Below, piece by piece: positions 61,287 to 64,000 of a stretch of 64,000 nucleotides of DNA; position 1 is the first letter of the stretch, and every line of letters begins with the position of its first letter. Origin of the DNA: Macrostomum hystrix. Taxonomy: Eukaryota > Animalia > Platyhelminthes. The notes beneath the pieces are model-generated. The model ran no database searches. It was given only the letters and a program-made list of their open reading frames with translations, and was not told the DNA's origin. The position numbers and the translations under genes are program-made. Location of the stretch: the NCBI GenBank assembly GCA_950097015.1, contig CATNEN010000007.1, positions 4,898,001 through 4,962,000 of the forward strand. Direction: 5' to 3'.

Positions 61287-61953
61287 GGTCGTCGTTCTGC
61301 ATCGCCTGCGGCGCCGACGGGCTGGGACCCGCCCCGCCACGACCGTCCGGTGCGATGGCGTCGGCGGGGGCGGGATCGGCGTCGGCGTCGGCGGGATCGG
61401 CGTCGGCGTCGGTGGGATCGGCGTCGGCGTCGGCGGGATCGGCGTCGGCGTCGGTGGGATCGGCGTCGGCGTCGGCGGGATCGGCGTCGGCGTCGGTGGG
61501 ATTGGCGTCGGCGTCGGCGGGATCGGCGTCGGCGTCGGCGGGAGCGGCGTTCCCGGGACCACGAAGTTCCTCCGACGCCGAGGACACAGCCAAGGCCGCC
61601 ACTTCGGCAGCGGCCTTGGCCAAATACAGAAGTCGTTGCGCATCTTTTCGCTGCAGACACATTGCCACAGCTCGTAGCATATCTGCTACGGGCTGCGAAA
61701 GAGGAGGCATTAATCCACCGAATTGCACCCGAGAAGCATCCGCAAATGCCGTCAGAGCAACATTTAAACCCCGGGACGCCCGACGCCCAGGTGTGTCGTC
61801 TTCGTCAGGGGCGGCAGGGTCGGCAGCGGCGGCAGGGGCGGCGGCGGCGGCGGCAGGGGCGGCAATGCGCCCCAGTGCACGCAACAACTGCTTGCACGAT
61901 CCGATTCCATGCCGGAATAAGCAGAACTGTTGATCCGGAAAGTACTGAAGCAC
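61102..61953 (-). CDS. Putative terminal exon of an unknown acidic/basic low-complexity protein
   Basis: Strong acceptor TTTCTCCTTTAG immediately before 61953. 18-bp repeats encode ADADP(A/T), followed by poly-Asp and NLS-like PPKRRKV / [12 protein letters not shown]. Confidence 0.45.
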
Positions 61954-62070
61954 CTAAAGGAGAAAGGCAAGAAAAAGTTAGGGCTTCTATTTTTCAAGTC
62001 TAAGAAATCCAGGGCTTTGACTTTGTGTTGCTAAAAGTCTAAATTCTCCTTTTAAGTCTAAGAAATCCAG

Positions 62071-63851
62071 GGGGTGTTTCATAAATGACTTGTAGAAGGT
62101 ACAAGTGGGATCAGTGACAAGTTACAAGTGAATTTTGTTTCATAGACTTTAACGAAACTACAAGTTCCTACAAGCTACAAGAGAGTAGCTACAAGTACTT
62201 GCTACAAGCATTTCGTTTCATGAAGCGTCTATGTCTACAATCCCAAACACTTGTAATTGCTGACAAGTTGAATAGTCGCCTTCTTTTACTCGCACTTGTA
62301 AACTAAAAGCACAGTTTTCAAAGAACACTTTCTTCTAACCTTTCTCAGCCACCTCTAACCGTATTATAGTAGTATTATATCGCTTAATTGTGACGATGAG
62401 AGCGACGGTTCTGTCGAACCCAAGCGACGACGCAAATTGTGCTAGAAAGGTTTCGGCTACGGGAGGAACATGTGCTAGAACTGTGCCCAACACAGATGTG
62501 GATGGACTAGAAGACTACGGCGCTGAAGACGAGGACTACACGGAAGAAGTGGACGATGCCGCCGAGGAGGGAAGAAGACAACAAATTGTGCAATTAATGC
62601 AATGAACAACTCGAAAGTGTAGTTTCTAAAGATAGTTGCCAGTTACAAGTTGCGCTGAATGTATTTAGTAACCCGTGCATCATTGAACTGAACTTCAACT
62701 TCAACTTCAACATAACAAAAATTTTTCAACCGTGTTTCTAAACGTGACCATGTCAATGCTGCTGAAATAGACTGGAAGCACAGTGAAGCAACTCATTACT
62801 CCGAACACCTACTACAGCTGATTAAAAAGCGTACCAGGTGCACAATTACCTGTCCAGTTGCGCTGTGCTTGGAGATTTTCAATCTCGATCCGTAGCTTTT
62901 CGTTTCGCAGTCTCCAGTTTTCTGATCGCATTTCTAGCTCGGTGATTTGCAACTCAATCGTTCTTCTCTTGAGTGCAGCTTCGTCCACAGTAGCTTTGCC
63001 ACTAGAAGCCGTCGAAGTAGATCGCTTAGGCGTCGATTGCGTCGATCCAGAACTTGTGCTCGTTCTCGCCCCGGGCGACTTGCTAGCAGCGGGCGTTTGT
63101 ACGTCACGATAAATTGTACTCTCCAGTAGATGATCATCATTGGCGTGGTGGTCCCTAGCATTGTTCTTCGTGCCTTCGTACGTCTCCGGGACATCCAGAC
63201 CAACCACGATGGCGGACGTCTTGTCGATGATGTCTAGAACCAAATTATCAACTTCGGTTAGTTGCTTGTCCTTTCCACCATCTGCTCCTGTCTTCTTATT
63301 GGCATCCACCTTCTCAATTGTTCGGCGCTTAATATTTGGCCAAACGGTGTCACGCAAGTAGGAAAAGTCTTTGCCGGGACACGGATCGAAACCATATTCC
63401 TCACGGCAATTCCTGACGACATCCTTCCATGCGTTTGTTCGTTTCTCTTTAGTTAGCACCGAGGTGAACTCGCCAAATAAAGTTCCCTTGACGTCGCGAA
63501 TCTTCTCTAACAGAAGCGTCTTCTCACTTGCAGAGAGAGGCATCGTAAGCAAAAGCGAATTGACGAATGTAAGAAGCTAGAGTGGATGAAATGAGTTTTG
63601 TTTTTTAGCTTCGAGTCGTTACCACCTACCACTCTATCTCTCTACCACTCCAAATAGGTAGGTTTTTACCATAGACGATGAAGTGAATGAAGATGAAGAC
63701 GACGAAGACGCACAAGCTTGTCAAACTTGTACGATTCTTGGCTGAAATCTACAAGCAGTGTTGTGAAACACTTTTGCTTGTAGCTTGTAGCTTGTAGCTA
63801 TTAAACTTGTAGCTTGTAGCTTGTAACTTGTAAATTATATGAAACACCCCC
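62071..63851 (-). mobile_element. Non-autonomous Harbinger retaining the Myb/SANT gene
   Basis: TIRs GGGGTGTTTCAT / ATGAAACACCCC(C), 3-bp TSD CAG (62068-62070, 63852-63854), subterminal CTACAAG/CTTGTAG repeats. Acidic transposase-tail-like remnant at 62390-62605 (+). Confidence 0.85.
62812..63543 (-). CDS. Harbinger-associated Myb/SANT-like DNA-binding protein
   Basis: EKTLLLEKI...KEKRTNAWKDVV...LRDTVWPNIKRR, followed by a low-complexity linker and C-terminal coiled coil. Confidence 0.85.
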   Translation of the reverse strand: MPLSASEKTLLLEKIRDVKGTLFGEFTSVLTKEKRTNAWKDVVRNCREEYGFDPCPGKDFSYLRDTVWPNIKRRTIEKVDANKKTGADGGKDKQLTEVDNLVLDIIDKTSAIVVGLDVPETYEGTKNNARDHHANDDHLLESTIYRDVQTPAASKSPGARTSTSSGSTQSTPKRSTSTASSGKATVDEAALKRRTIELQITELEMRSENWRLRNEKLRIEIENLQAQRNWTGNCAPGTLFNQL

Positions 63852-64000
63852 CAGGGCATTGACTTTGTATTGGCAAAAGTCTAAATTCTACTTTTTAGAT
63901 CTAAGAAATCCAGGGCTTCGACTTTTTATTGCTAAAAGTCCAAGCTCCACTTTTTAAGTCTAAGAAATCCAGGGCTTAGACTTTGTATTGCCAAAAGTCT

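Larger units (their letters stand above)
61996..64000. repeat. ~58-bp tandem repeat (TCTAAGAAATCCAGGGCTTTGACTTTG...) interrupted by a Harbinger
   Basis: Units at 61996-62070 and 63852-64000. Confidence 0.85.

Noticed and set aside
61191-62003. Alternative-frame ORFs (poly-PTPIP, poly-Arg, poly-Ser/Ala)
   Set aside because: Other frames of the same 18-bp repeat; only the 61953 frame coincides with a strong acceptor.
57703-63851. A single Harbinger spanning the transposase and Myb genes
   Set aside because: The Myb element has its own TIR pair and CAG TSD; the transposase element ends in a different terminus at 59027.

Overview
Eukaryotic (metazoan) genomic DNA, rich in repeats. The GC-rich poly-Gln/poly-Ala exons, two-domain small HSP and many minisatellites resemble a free-living flatworm such as Macrostomum (inference only). 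Three host genes are supported: a two-domain alpha-crystallin sHSP (minus, ~9.7-10.8 kb), a ParaHox Gsx homeobox gene with SNAG motif (plus, 22158-25123) and a 10-exon ERG/KCNH2-type K+ channel (minus, 30757-41315). A young, intact Gypsy retrotransposon sits inside coding exon 2 (PAS domain) of the channel gene. The left end holds an internally deleted BEL/Pao LTR element whose 5' LTR is split by an intact hAT (Buster/Charlie) transposon. About a dozen unrelated minisatellites fill 11-35 kb. From 45 to 64 kb is a nest of DNA transposons: a head-to-tail array of divergent Crypton-like (DUF3504-type) tyrosine-recombinase units joined by palindromic junctions, plus Tc1, two IS630-like elements, a P/THAP remnant, two Harbingers, a tRNA-SINE and a GC-rich Gypsy fragment. 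The strongest novelty candidates are the YR cassette array with its hairpin junctions, an 8-bp CCATAGAC motif 76-126 bp upstream of seven transposon start codons from four groups, and the exonic Gypsy insertion in erg. All coordinates were counted by eye; array ends are approximate.
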